Shown here one piece after another: positions 1 to 12,914 of a DNA stretch of 64,000 nucleotides; the first letter of the stretch is position 1, and each line of letters begins with the position of its first letter. Under the pieces are notes generated by a model. It was not told where the DNA came from and made no database searches. It saw nothing but the letters and a program-made list of their open reading frames with translations. The position numbers and the translations under genes were made by a program. Source of the DNA: Octopus bimaculoides (taxonomy: Eukaryota); contig NC_068995.1 of the NCBI RefSeq assembly GCF_001194135.2, positions 4,741,973 through 4,805,972 of the forward strand. Direction: 5' to 3'.

Positions 1-222
1 ACAGGATAGGGCAGTGGATCCCAGCTATTCCACTACCAAGGGCCTCTTTTATTTAAATGAGTTTTCCCATTGACCCCAGGATAGGGCAGTGGATCCCAGC
101 TATTCCACTACCAAGGGCCTCTTTTATTTAAATGAGTTTTCCCATTGACCCCAGGATAACATGTTCACTGACCCCATTTATGGACCACCAGGGTTCTGCG
201 GACCACAGGTTGGTAACCACTG
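1..222. mobile_element. End of a hAT-type non-autonomous DNA transposon
   Basis: Terminus GGTTGGTAACCACTG (reverse complement CAGTGGTTACCAACC) resembles hAT CAGTGGTTCCCAAC TIRs; the other end is outside the window. Confidence 0.5.
2..158. repeat. Tandem duplication with a 75-bp period (2 copies plus part of a third)
   Basis: CAGGATA recurs at 2, 77 and 152, with identical intervening sequence. Confidence 0.95.
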
Positions 223-476
223 GCATAAGGTCTTAGTTAATTAAGCTTTAATCTCTTATGTTTCAGTCATCAGAATGTGGTCATGCTGGGGCACAGCCTT
301 GAAGAGTTAGGGTCAACCCCAGTACTTTTTTTCTTTTTAAGCCTCATACTTATTCTATCAGTGTCTTTTGTCAAACTGCCAGGTTATGGAAATGTAAACA
401 AACCAACACCGGCTAGCTGTCAAACGATTTTGTGGGTCAAACACAAAGAAATACACCAACACACACACATATATAT

Positions 477-1115
477 CATCATCATCATGATCATTTAACG
501 TCCGTTGTCCATGCTGGCATGGGTTGGACAATCTGACTGGGCTAGCATGCTGGAAGGCTACACCAGACTCCAGTCTGATTTGGCATGACTTTTTCTATGG
601 CTGGACGCCCTTCCTAACACCAACCACTCCAAGAGTGTAATGGGTGCTTTTACGTGCCACCGGCACAGGTGCCATTTGCGTGACACCGGGGTGCCTTTAT
701 GTATCACTGGCATGGGTGCCAATTTGTGTGACATCGGTATCTGTCACGACTGCGATCTTGCTCAGCTTGATGGGTCATTTTCTCAAGCACGACATAATGC
801 CAAAGGTCTTGGTCATTGCCTCCGTGAGGCCCAACGCTTGAAAGGAACTAAGCCACTTTGGCTCCATGAGGCTCAACGTTCAAAAGGTGTTCTTTACATG
901 CCACCAGCATGGGTGTACTTGGCTTGATGGGTCCTCTCAAGCACAGCATATCACCAAAGGCCTCGGTCACCAGTCACTGCCTCTGTGAGGCTCAAAGTTC
1001 AAAGACCATGCTCCACCAGCTCATTTTGTGTCTTCCTGGGTCTACCCCTACCACAGGTTCCCTCCACAGTTAGAGATTGGCACTTCTTTACACAGCTGTC
1101 CTCGTCCATAGGCTT
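477..1115 (-). mobile_element. Decayed RTE-clade LINE 3' end
   Basis: The - strand encodes MDEDSCVKKC..TVEGTCGRGRPRKT (RTE ORF2 C-terminus); (ATG)n tail and CCATGC-AGCATGG hairpin. Confidence 0.8.
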
Positions 1116-1992
1116 CTTTCAGTATCCACTGATCAAATCCATTCACAGGACCTTGGTCAGCTCAGGGTTATAGAGGTGGACACTTGCCCAAGGTACCACA
1201 CAATGATACTGAATTTGAGACCATGTGGTTGAGAAACAAACTTTTTACCAAACAGTCAAGCCATTTTTTCTTTTTTATTTTAGAATCTTTTTACCCCCCC
1301 CCTNNNNNNNNNNNNNNNNNNNNNNNNNNNNNNNNNNNNNNNNNNNNNNNNNNNNNNNNNNNNNNNNNNNNNNNNNNNNNNNNNNNNNNNNNNNNNNNNN
1401 NNNNNNNNNNNNNNNNNNNNNNNNNNNNNNNNNNNNNNNNNNNNNNNNNNNNNNNNNNNNNNNNNNNNNNNNNNAGGAGGAGGAGGAGAAGGAGGAGGAG
1501 GAGGAGAAGAAGAAGAAGAAGAAGAAGAAGAAGAAGAAGAAGAAGAAGAAACATACTCTTTGTTGTTGAAACATATGATTGGATATGATTTAATTCCTTC
1601 GCCTGATTTGATATAGAAGGAATACTGGTTCCGTGGACAGGAGACGATACACTTATTTGCTAGAATTTAAAACAAGACAAAGAAATACTCAACTATTTCT
1701 GGAATTAAACATAATGAGTGCAAAATACTTAAATAATTCAATAAATTACATTTCCAAAATATCAGAAAATCAGTTTTGTGTTATCTTTCCTTTAGCTCCA
1801 GTTGATGGCAGTATGGTACAAGCATTTTAAATGATTATGGTAGTTTAAGATTTACCGTTTAAATCAGTCACATTTGGCTCATATATTTTGTTTAAACCAG
1901 CTAGATCTGGCCTCTCATGCCTATCCTACAATGTCAGTCTAAACATAATCTCATCATCAAAATCTTGAAGTTACAAGATAATGCACGATTAA

Positions 1993-2215
1993 CCCTTTTG
2001 TTACCATATTTCTGTTGAGATGCTCTGTGTTTCTTTCAATTAATTTTAAAATATAACAAAGAATTTAGCAAAATAACTTAGTCATCATTAAGCTAGTGTT
2101 AGGAACATAAATTGTGACTAAGGTTTGATGGAAGATTTTAATTTAGAACTTTTGAAAACAAGACATTTGTACTACAGAGCCAGAGGCAGTTTCAGTTGGG
2201 TTGGTATCAAAAAGG
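1993..2215. mobile_element. piggyBac-type MITE
   Basis: TTAA|CCCTTTTG…AAAAAGG|TTAA: short TIR with a TTAA target duplication, inserted in another MITE. Confidence 0.65.
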
Positions 2216-2995
2216 TTAAGTTTTCAGCATTTAAATCAGCCATATGCAACCCTAATATTCTACCTGGTTTATGTTCAAATTGGCCAGATCCAGCCTCTCA
2301 CACCTACCCTACAATGTCATTCTAAAACTAATCTCACCATCAAAATCTCAAGATAATCTGAAGGCCAAAGAGTTAATTACAATCAACCTCATTGTTTCTG
2401 CATTTCTATTAATGCTTTCTGCTCAATATTTGGCGTTTACAAAACTTTGATCCTTTGTGTTTTATTTCACACATGGAGGCTTAGATAAACTTTGATAAAC
2501 CATGTGTGAGGAAAAAAAGGGTGGGGCATTGTACCTGGTCTGTATTGTGATGAGGGCAGACAAAAAGGAAAGGTATCGATGTTTGAATTGCTATAAGGCT
2601 TTAAATCTACCTTTTAACTTTTACCTTTTACTTGTGTCAGTCATTTGACTGTGGTCATGCTGGGGCACCACCTTGAAGAATTTTGAGTTGAATGAATCGA
2701 CCCCCAGTAGTTATCTTTTGTTAAACCTGGTATTTATTCTATCAGTCACTATTGCTGAACTGCTAAGTTACAGGGATGTAAACAGACCAACACCAGTTGT
2801 CAAGCAATGGTGGGGGACAAACACAGACACAAACACATTGAACACATAGATGTATACACAGATATGTATATATACAAAAAAAAAAGAAAACATCAAGTAC
2901 TGAATATTCAGTTGAATAAACTTTATACATAGTATTCAGTACCATACTATTACAGTGTTAGTAAGTGTGTATATACATATATACATATATACATA

Positions 2996-3031
<36 letters not shown>

Positions 3032-3104
3032 TGTATATATACACATTACTGTCCAAAAGTTTAGGTACAGTTAAATATTTTTGTTCAAAAGCCAATTTGT
3101 AGTC

Positions 3105-3495
3105 TTTTACTTGTTTCAGTCACTTGACTGTGGCCATGCTGGAGCACCACCTTTAATTGAACAAACTGACCCCAGGACTTATTCTTTGTAAGCCTAGTAC
3201 TTATTCAATTGGTCTCTTTTGCCGAACTACTAAGTGACAGGGACGTAAACACACCAGCATCGATTGTCAAGCAATGGTGGGGTGGACAAACACAGACACA
3301 AATAACAAACACACACATACATATACATACATAACAGGCTTCTTTCAGTTTCTGTCTACCAAATCCATTCACAAGGCTTTGGTTGGCCTGAGGCTATAGT
3401 AGAAGACACTTGCCCAAGGTGCCATGCAGTGGGCTGAACCTTGAACCATGTGGTTGAGAAGCAAGCTTCTTATCACACAGCCAGTCCTGCGCCTA
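3105..3495 (-). mobile_element. tRNA-headed SINE, family A, near full length
   Basis: Head GGCTGTGTGATAAG…GGCACCTTGGGCAAGTGTC, tail CAGTCAAGTGACTGAAACAAG. Further partial copies at about 255-480, 1115-1260, 2620-2830, 8010-8140, 15722-15880, 19185-19300, 21050-21245, 22870-23045, 24955-25070, 31670-31925, 34865-34990, 35270-35400, 37180-37370, 56935-57425, 58350-58500, 59040-59220, 60750-60900, 62395-62490. Confidence 0.85.
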
Positions 3496-3921
3496 TTTAA
3501 CTTTCATGATTATTTATGGCATGTCAAACATGACACAAATATCAATGTAACACTGGTTGTAAATAATACAAATATAGTCATTTATTTACACTAATTTTAT
3601 CTATTCAAAGGTTACAAAACATATATGTGTCAATATCATTTGAACAGAAATTGTTTTGCCGTTTAAAAATTATGTCAAATGCTCTAAGGCAATTTCTGAG
3701 AAAGCTGAAAGAAACTTATGTTAAATATTGTTATTTTAGATTATGATAAACACTAAAGATGGAAATAATATTTTTGAAATCCTGAATTAGCCCCATTCCA
3801 GTTCCCCAACATCAATTCTTTTCGGGTATTATGTGATGCATTGGACAGAACAATGAAATCAAAACTGCCAAACAGTTCTAACCACATGTAGGAACTATTA
3901 CAAGAAACAAGGAATGTGTCA

Positions 3922-4135
3922 ACCCTTTAGCATTTTAACTGGCCATATCCAGCCCAAATATTCTACCTGTTTTTTGTTAAAACCTGCCAGGTTTGGCCTC
4001 TCACACATATTCTACAATGTCATTCTAAAAATAAACAATCGTGTTCATCAAATTCTTGAAGCTATGAGATAATTCAAAACTATGTGGATAAATAAGGATT
4101 ACATTTGACAGAGTAATCTGAAGGCTAAAGGCTTA
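3922..4135. mobile_element. piggyBac-type MITE, family with a GGCCTCTCACAC…CTACAATGTCATTCTAAAA core
   Basis: AACCCTTTAGCATT…GCTAAAGGCTTAA ends; related copies at about 1895-1990, 2220-2380, 43189-43390 and 43400-43480. Confidence 0.65.
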
Positions 4136-4407
4136 AATCCCCAAACATTTAACATCACAAATTAAAGGATTACCAAGAATATGTGATGCTGTTATTGCGT
4201 AAAAAGGTGGTTATTTTGATAAAACTAATATCGAATTCTTATACAGATATTTTTAGAAGTTATTTTGTTAGAAATAATTTGTTGGTGAAAGAATGTTATA
4301 TATCAATCTAATTAATAAATGGTCATGATTAATATCATGATTTTAATTATCTTTTTTCTCTATAATTTCATAATGTACTGAAACTTTTGGACAGTATCAT
4401 GAGTGTG

Positions 4408-4452
<45 letters not shown>

Positions 4453-5499
4453 AGAACTTTTTAGGTCTTAATAGACACAAAATGTGATCTATTTCTAGCG
4501 CATTAATTGTCCATGTTAGTGGTCGACGTTATTTTTTAAAATGTACCTTAATCCACTGAGATTGCAGATAATATTTCTGAATCTCTTTGATTCTTTAAAT
4601 GTGCTGGCCCCCTGATAATTAATCGATATTAATTAATATATTAATATATGACTAATTACCAGATCTTATAATTATATAGATATATAGATATATAGATATA
4701 TAGATATATATACATAATACATATGGGTGTTAAGGATATGTGTATGTGCATCAAAGACTCACTTGATAGAAGTTGTTTAAGTTTTGCTGCAACGAAAAAC
4801 AAACAATAATGAAAAAAAATAACAGAAAATTAATGAAACAGGTAATAACATTGATTTGAAATGTTGGTTCAATTGTTAAAAATTATGTGCAATAAATTTG
4901 GTTATGCTTTTACAGCACATAATATATTTTTTAATTTTTTTAGGCAATTTCTAATATTTAATTATAAGAATATAATAGGGTTTTTTGTTAAAAAAGTTAA
5001 ATGGTTTATTGGGTCCAGTGGAGGGATCCATAGATAGAAAATGGCTGAGAACCCCTAATCTAAAATTTTCACACCAAACCTTTCGTTATTGGATTTTCGG
5101 CGGGGTTCCTTTTTCTTTCCTTTTTTTTAAATTTTATTTATTTTTTTTTTATATTTCCTTTGTCTCTGAAAGGTCTGACTTGAAACATTAGAATTCTTTT
5201 CTTCACAGCAAAATAATTTAATTCCATTTGTGAACTTTAATGAAACTTCACTTGGATTTCCATGTTTTTTTCTTTGACATTTAAGCTTGAGCCCAGCTGT
5301 TCGAGAGTTGAGTGTCGAATTGCACAGGGCATCCATATAAATTAGTTGTAATAAGACTCATGTAGCAGGCATGTGCCGGGAGTAATTACTCAGGGTAGGC
5401 AGTTGGTGACGCTTATGTAGTGAAACACACAAGAAAAAAAAAGTGAAACACAGACGCACAACTAAGTTGAAGGCAGATTTACTTCTGCCTTTATAGTGC

Positions 5500-5770
5500 G
5501 TAAAGAAAACATTGATAACAACGATTATAGTTAATGATGACAACAATGGTTGATGATGACGATGATGGCTGATGACAACGACGGTGTTTGAAGACGACAA
5601 CAATGGTTGACAACGATGATAATGGTTGATGACGACGACGATGGTGGTTGATGACAACAACGGTGTTTGAAGACGACAACGGTTGATGACGATGATGATT
5701 GATGACGGCACAATGGTCGATGACGACGATGATGATTGATGACGACAATGATTGATGATGACAATGACGA
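5500..5770. repeat. Degenerate (GAT/GAC)n compound repeat
   Basis: Visible trinucleotide periodicity, with two GATGACAAC.ACGGTGTTTGAAGACGACAAC units. Confidence 0.9.
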
Positions 5771-5779
5771 CAAGGATAT

Positions 5780-5901
5780 CTTTCAATTTCGTAACATTCT
5801 CCAAGATCTTTCAGCAGACAATAACTTTCTTCAATGTCTCCAGACATATATTGCCATAAAATATACACCACCTGATCGACATTCCAGCCCATGTATAAGG
5901 A
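5780..5901 (-). CDS. Possible gene X exon SLYMGWNVDQVVYILWQYMSGDIEESYCLLKDLGECYEIE
   Basis: Protein-like open frame ending at ATATCCTTG; phase does not reconcile with the 6514-6595 candidate. Confidence 0.25.
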
Positions 5902-6513
5902 CTGTATTAACTACCCCATACAGTAATTAAAAAACTGATCCAAGTTTACTAAGCCTGCTTATTTGAGGGAAAAATTTAAGTGATACTTTTCAAACCCAAG
6001 CTACATGACAACATCTAAGAGATGATCCCTCAAAAATTATCACCGTAAGCAATAAAATGCTGACACAGTTTTAGGAGTGTATGATGTTTTTTCCAACCTT
6101 ATTTTTGGTTCCTGTAATTCACACAGTGCAAAATCCTATTGAAAGGCTCCTAACAGGTCCCTTGGGAGTACAAGAGTTCATGTTTTATCAATTGTAGTAC
6201 AGCCAATTGCAACATAAATCTTAAGGCTATAGACTCTTCATACAGAAATTTTTAGCAAGCTATTCATATAAATTGGCTTCTGTAAATAAATGGTAAGCTT
6301 TAAGGAGAAGTAATTGTTATTTTGACACAAACTTGTTTTAGAGACATTTGACCTACTTTTCACAAAAACACACATAAAGTAAATTTTTCCTTAATACATA
6401 TAGCTGACTGTATTCCATTATACAAGGTCAATTTAGGTGTGTCATAATAATAAGGCACTAACTAACAAAGGAGCCTTAAATGATTTCTGAATGGCACACT
6501 AGCAAGAAATTAC

Positions 6514-6595
6514 CTTGATTTTTTTACAAATGGAGCCCATCGGAAGATGAACCAAGTCTCATATGGCATACTTCTCAAATAAAGGTTGACTATGC
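6514..6595 (-). CDS. Possible gene X exon (G)IVNLYLRSMPYETWFIFRWAPFVKKS
   Basis: Good AAG|GTAATT donor and an open phase-1 frame, but a weak acceptor with no pyrimidine tract. Confidence 0.25.
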
Positions 6596-7269
6596 CTGCC
6601 ACATCAACTGCCAGAAATAGCAACTAAATGTTCTAAAATCACACTTTAACATGTTTAAAATGCAAAAGGGCATATCAGAGAATAGAGTTGTCAATACATA
6701 AAAAAAAAAAAAGGTTAGATGGCCAAAAGTGAAATGGCTTTCTTTATTGGTCTGCTCAATCAGAAGTGCTGAAGCATCCAGTCTGTCTCTCTAAAAGAAC
6801 ATACACACACACACACACGTATGTATATTCATTCATGTTTCAGATATCCCTATTTTTCTAACTTCTCCGTTCAGATATAAATATACAAATTTCTTTCACA
6901 TAAGCAGAGACAATCTGACAGTGAAGCCATACGCAGACAGACACAAATTCACAGTGAAACGAAAATCATCGACACATCTACAAAGAAACAACCACACAAT
7001 GCCTTGCCCTGCATTTCTGTAATATGGTGTTGGAATTTCAGCAAGAACACTGACACCATTCAGCTTTTCTAAATTCATTTCACTATTACTTACTGATATT
7101 CCTTACCAAAAACATTTCTCATTGCCTTAAGCTATTCTTCAATTTAATATACCTATTTTCCTTGCATTACAGTAACATGGCATCTGAATTTCATTTCAAT
7201 ATTACTAAAAAATGTCTCATAAAAAAAGACTGTCATAAAACGAACACCAAACAAATGCAAGATGTGCAT

Positions 7270-7600
7270 CAGAAAATGACAATGAGACATGCACACAGCT
7301 TACAGATCAGCAACAGAGAAAGAAAGCTCGACGTGCATCTGAAATGAAACATCAATGAAATGTACCACTTGCAGATAGTGAACAAAGAATGGCAGCTCGA
7401 CATGCAGCAGAAAATGAAGACGAAAGTCATGCATGACTTGCAGCTGATCGTCTTTGAAAAGCATCACATCGTATGCAAGAAAGAACACAAGAAACTGCAA
7501 AACTTCAATAGCTTTGTCTTCTAAAAATGCGCACATACAGGAGGAGTAAATTATACATATAAAAATATACCCAATGCGGCTCCTGATAAATTGCAAAAGT
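7270..7600 (+). mobile_element. Probable decayed Helitron N-terminal coiled/repeat region
   Basis: Translates as QQQRKKARRASEMKHQ*NVPLADSEQRMAARHAAENEDESHA*LAADRL*KA, resembling the RASETxEQRxxRLxxDR repeats at the start of Helitron Rep-helicase proteins. Confidence 0.35.
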
Positions 7601-7667
7601 AATTAGCCAATCAACGACAGGTTTTCCTGCTAGTATATATGTGTGTGTGTGTATATACATACATGTC

Positions 7668-7886
7668 ATCATCATCATCATCATCATTTAACGTCCGCCT
7701 TCCATGCTAGCATGGGTTGGACGATTTGACTGAGGACTGGTGAAACAGGATGGCAACACCAGGCTCCAATCTAATTTGGCAGAGTTTCTACAGCTGGATG
7801 CCCTTCCTAACGCCAACCACTCAGAGAGTGTAGTGGGTGCTTTTACGTGTCACCCGCACGAAAACGGCCACGCTCGAAATGGTGTC
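7668..7886 (-). mobile_element. RTE LINE 3'UTR fragment (young family)
   Basis: Near-identical to 8838-9067 and 12287-12510; (ATG)n tail. Confidence 0.85.
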
Positions 7887-8837
7887 TGTGTTTATATATA
7901 TATATATATATATATATATCTGTGTGTGTATACATACATATATATATATATATATATACATAGAAACACACACATATATATAGGGGCTCATACAATTTCC
8001 TTTTCATAAATTCTACTCAGAAGGCTTTGCCCAACCCAGGTTAAAATAGAAGACACGTACCCAGAGTGCCTCATGGTAGTATTTGAACTCAGAACATCAC
8101 AAATGTGAAGCAAGTTCCTTAGCCACTTAGCTATACACTCACCCTACCCATTTTTAAAACAAGTTTTTACTCATCTGCAGGATATATATTTCACATTATT
8201 ATTTAATTAAGTACAAATGTTATAGAAATAAAATACACAGAATACGGAAGACCTATAAAACATGACCTATAAACTACACTTTAGCCTGTGCTTCAGATTG
8301 ACAGCAGACACTAGTGTATACACAGAGCTGCAATATCTGTGCTTCAATAATATGTAGACTGTCTCAGAACACATTTCTTTTATCATGTGGGTAACAGCTG
8401 TTCATATCTTGTCTACACATGTGACAGAGAGAAGTTTTTTTAACATCCGGAGACATGTGAGCCATATTGAAAAATTGAGGCCCTACACACACACACAATT
8501 GTCATCGTCGTCATTTAATGTCCTTTTATTGCTATGCTGACATGGGTTGGACAGTTCAACTCAAACTGACAGGCCAGAGGGATGTGCTAAGCTCTAGTGT
8601 CTATTTGGCATGGTTTTTCATTTTTTTTTCATAGCAGGATGCCCTTCCTAATGCCAACCACTTCAAATTGTCGTGTTGGTGCTTTTTGCTTTAGTTTTAT
8701 TTTTTTCATAACACCAGCACTAGTGACATCGCTAAAAAACTATGAGAGAAGACTTGCCACTGCTCAAGTGAGTAGGGCATGGTATTGAGGGATATGAAAG
8801 TGTAGGAGCATATATATGTCTGAGAGAGAAAGCTATT

Positions 8838-9990
8838 TATCATCATCATCATCGTTTAACGTCCGCTTTCCATGCTAGCATGGGTTGGACGATTTGACTG
8901 AGGACTGGTGAAACCGGATGGCAACACCAGGCTCCAGTCTGATTTGGCAGAGTTTCTACAGCTGGATGCCCTTCCTAACGCCAACCACTCAGAGAGTGTA
9001 GTGGGTGCTTTTACGTGTCACCCGCACGAAAACGGCCACGCTCGAAATGGTGTCTTTTATGTGCCANNNNNNNNNNNNNNNNNNNNNNNNNNNNNNNNNN
9101 NNNNNNNNNNNNNNNNNNNNNNNNNNNNNNNNNNNNNNNNNNNNNNNNNNNNNNNNNNNNNNNNNNNNNNNNNNNNNNNNNNNNNNNNNNNNNNNNNNNN
9201 NNNNNNNNNNNNNNNNNNNNNNNNNNNNNNNNNNNNNNNNNNNNNNNNNNNNNNNNNNNNNNNNNNNNNNNNNNNNNNNNNNNNNNNNNNNNNNNNNNNN
9301 NNNNNNNNNNNNNNNNNNNNNNNNNNNNNNNNNNNNNNNNNNNNNNNNNNNNNNNNNNNNNNNNNNNNNNNNNNNNNNNNNNNNNNNNNNNNNNNNNNNN
9401 NNNNNNNNNNNNNNNNNNNNNNNNNNNNNNNNNNNNNNNNNNNNNNNNNNNNNNNNNNNNNNNNNNNNNNNNNNNNNNNNNNNNNNNNNNNNNNNNNNNN
9501 NNNNNNNNNNNNNNNNNNNNNNNNNNNNNNNNNNNNNNNNNNNNNNNNNNNNNNNNNNNNNNNNNNNNNNNNNNNNNNNNNNNNNNNNNNNNNNNNNNNN
9601 NNNNNNNNNNNNNNNNNNNNNNNNNNNNNNNNNNNNNNNNNNNNNNNNNNNNNNNNNNNNNNNNNNNNNNNNNNNCATTACACATCCAACGGAGCATACT
9701 GGCTTCATTCCTTGCGAGCTTACGTATGTCCTCAGCAGTTACAGCCCATGTTTCACTGCCATGTAGCATGGTTGTTCGTACGCATGCGTCATACAGTCTG
9801 CCTTTTACTCTGAGTGAGAGTCCCTTTGTCGCCAGCAGGGGTAAGAGCTCTCTAAACTTTGCCCAGGCTATTCTTATTCTAGCAGCTACACTTTCAGCGC
9901 ACCCACCCCCACTACTAACTTGGTCGCCCAGATAGCGGAAGCTATCGACTACCTCTAGTTTTTCACCCTGGAATGAGATAGAAGTTGTTT
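8838..9990 (-). mobile_element. 5'-truncated RTE LINE (spans an N gap)
   Basis: 9676-9990 encodes FQGEKLEVVDSFRYLGDQ…RIRIAWAKFREL…MLHGSETW…NEASMLRWMCN (end of the RT domain of RTE ORF2); 3'UTR and tail at 8838-9067. Confidence 0.92.
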
Positions 9991-10085
9991 CCTGTTTGTT
10001 TGCAGTCTTTATTGCACCTTTATATTGTTAGTATTCCATAGGTACCAATATATGACAATAAAAGATATCAAACTTTCTGACCAAC

Positions 10086-10121
10086 CTGTGGTATTGATGA
10101 TGTCCCAAACTTGATGTTTTC
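10086..10121 (-). CDS. Gene X exon (G)KHQVWDIINTT
   Basis: ttttttcaacag acceptor; CAG|GTTGGT donor; 36 nt, phase 1/1. Confidence 0.5.
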
Positions 10122-10431
10122 CTGTTGAAAAAAGAAAATAAAGATTGAAAACAATTATAACTATCAAAGTATTGCTTATATCCATGCAAACACATGTGTA
10201 TATGTGTGGGTGTGAGTGTGTGTGTGTGTGTGTGAATATTAATAACATTTGTGTCTAATATGTACGCATGTAAGTATGCACAAGATTAAATAAAGTATTC
10301 AATAAAAGTTTATAATCAATATTTCCACTTGTTTGTTGATAGTGGCTTTCACATGATTTCTGGAGACACTTTATGCTACCATCCACAAAGCTATGAACAC
10401 TTTGAAATCATAAGTATGTGTTTGAGTGAGC

Positions 10432-10469
<38 letters not shown>

Positions 10470-10821
10470 TATATATATATACNNNNNNNNNNNNNNNNNN
10501 NNNNNNNNNNNNNNNNNNNNNNNNNNNNNNNNNNNNNNNNNNNNNNNNNNNNNNNNNNNNNNNNNNNNNNNNNNNNNNNNNNNNNNNNNNNNNNNNNNNN
10601 NNNNNNNNNNNNNNNNNNNNNNNNNNNNNNNNNNNNNNNNNNNNNNNNNNNNNNNNNNNNNNNNNNNNNNNNNNNNNNNNNNNNNNNNNNNNNNNNNNNN
10701 NNNNNNNNNNNNNNNNNNNNNNNNNNNNNNNNNNNNNNNNNNNNNNNNNNNNNNNNNNNNNNNNNNNNNNNNNNNNNNNNNNNNNNNNNNNNNNNNNNNN
10801 NNNNNNNNNNNNNNNNNNTAT

Positions 10822-10985
10822 ATATATTGACGTTAGGAAGGGCATCCAGCTGTAGAAACTCTGCCAAATTAGATTGGAGCCTGGTGTAGCCATCCGGTTG
10901 CACCAGTCCTCAGTCAAATCGTCCAACCCATGCTAGCATGGAAAGCGGACGTTAAACGATGATGATGATGATGATGATGATGATA
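10822..10985 (+). mobile_element. RTE LINE 3' tail
   Basis: GGAAGGGCATCCAGCTGTAGAAAC…CCATGCTAGCATGG…(GAT)n. Confidence 0.85.
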
Positions 10986-11491
10986 CATTCCTTTCAAGCA
11001 TCGGGCCTCATGAAGGCAAAGTGGTTGAGTTCCTTTTGAGTATTGGGCCTCATGGAGGCAAGGTAACTGAGTTCCTTTCAAGCACTGGGTCTCATTAAAG
11101 ATTCATATGCAAAGTGCCTAACTGACAGTGATTATTTCAGGAAATATCAAACAGATTCCAATGAAACGTTTTTTCAGTTGTTATTTAGGTCAAAATAACA
11201 TTATCTGTGAATTTTCAGGCAATTTCATTCACTAGTTAAAATCTCAGCATGAATGGGTTAAAAGTATTTTTTAACATAAAAACTGTCTTAACAGTTATGG
11301 ATATTTTACAACATAAAATGAAATCTGTACAACAACTGTCTGTACACAATCATACATGTTTATATAGTGAGGAATGTTTGCACCAGGAACACATAAATAA
11401 CATTATTTGTATGCAATGACATCTAAAAACTGTTTGTGCACAGTGACACAGATATTTAAAGACACTTAAAAACACAGACATAAACGTACAT

Positions 11492-11493
<2 letters not shown>

Positions 11494-11562
<69 letters not shown>
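11494..11562. repeat. (TG)n microsatellite; many other (AT)n, (AC)n, (ATG)n and (GAA)n tracts, e.g. 1476-1550, 4410-4448, 21646-21710
   Basis: Direct reading. Confidence 0.98.
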
Positions 11563-11565
<3 letters not shown>

Positions 11566-12161
11566 GGGTGTTCAATTCATGATCTAGCAATCATGAGTTC
11601 AATCCCTAGACCTGGTGGTGCATTGTGTTCTTGAGCGAAACACTTCACCTCACATTGCTCAGCAATCACTTCGACACCTGATATACGCAGTACACAGTGC
11701 ACACCTGTTCAGACAGCGTCGGTTTGATAGAGAGAGTGAGCTAATTGCATGGCACAAACACTTGATCACTGTAAACAAATCGTTTGTGCAGGTCATTCGA
11801 CAAAAAGGCTGAATGATTATGTATCATCTTTGATGGGAGAATCCATGTCCTACATTATGGTGACATATTTCATTGTCCCTGTGGGACTGACCCGAACAGC
11901 ATACATTACTGACTGAGTCAGTCCATTATTTATTAGTAGTGGACCAGCCGTCTGCCACAACACACAGACACACACACACACATATATATATATATTTATA
12001 CTATAAACATATAAACACAAAGATACATCCCACACACAACCAAATGTACACATATATACACAAACACATAGATAGATACATGTACACACAAATCCACACA
12101 TAATATATAAACCTCCCACAGACACAGACAGTAAAGCTTATGAAGAAAACTTTATTCTTAC

Positions 12162-12236
12162 CGTGGACAGTGTCAGAATTGAGAAAATAAAAAAAACAAA
12201 CAACAACCAAACTACAGAGCAGGAGCAGTTTGTAAT
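12162..12236 (-). CDS. Gene X exon encoding a transmembrane/signal anchor, (N)YKLLLLCSLVVVCFFYFLNSDTVH
   Basis: ttctaattccag acceptor; G|GTAAGA donor; phase 1/1; about 17 hydrophobic residues after a basic tail. Confidence 0.62.
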
Positions 12237-12286
12237 CTGGAATTAGAAGAGAACAAAATATTAGAAAGACACACAGACAGACATAC

Positions 12287-12715
12287 ATCATCATCATCAT
12301 CATCATCGTTTAACGTCCACTTTCCATGCTAGCATGGGTTGGACGATTTGACTGAGGACTGGTGAAGCCGGATGGCAACACCAGGCTCCAGTCTGATTTG
12401 GCAGAGTTTCTACAGCTGGATGCCCTTCCTAACGCCAACCACTCAGAGAGTGTAGTGGGTGCTTTTACGTGTCACCCGCACGAAAACGGCCACGCTCGAA
12501 ATGGTGTCTTTTATGTGCCACCCGCACAAGCCAGTCCAGGGGCACTGGCAACGATCTCGCTCGAAAATCCTACGGGAGCCAGTCAGGCGGTACTGGCAAC
12601 GGCCACGCTCAAAATGGTGCATCTCATGTGCCACCCGCACAAGAACCAGTCCAGGGGCACTGGCAACTATCTTACTTGGCTTGCCGGGTCTTCTCACGCA
12701 CAGCACATCATTTGA
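12287..12715 (-). mobile_element. RTE LINE 3'UTR with internal tandem duplications
   Basis: Same young family; CACCCGCACAAG…CCAGTCCAGGGGCACTGGCAAC is repeated. Confidence 0.85.
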
Positions 12716-12914
12716 GGGATCTTCATGGAGTAGGGGGTAGATGTTTTCAAGAAACAACTCGATCTCCTGCTGTCCAACTTCCCAGATGAGTTTATGTCAA
12801 GGCAGGAAACTCAAAAGAGGGCAGCAGTGTTGAACTCCCTCCTTCACCAAAAGCTAATCGCATAAGGTTGGCAATTGAAAAGGTGATCACACTGGATGTG
12901 TGATTATCAATGAT

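Noticed and set aside
4726-4740. ATATCCTTAAC on the - strand (U12 donor- or branch-like)
   Set aside because: Flanked by microsatellite with no adjoining exon; expected by chance.
6896-7078. Cys-containing minus-strand ORF as a gene X exon; also 8280-8500 and 5127-5336
   Set aside because: Splice phases could not be reconciled with the supported exons. Left open rather than called.
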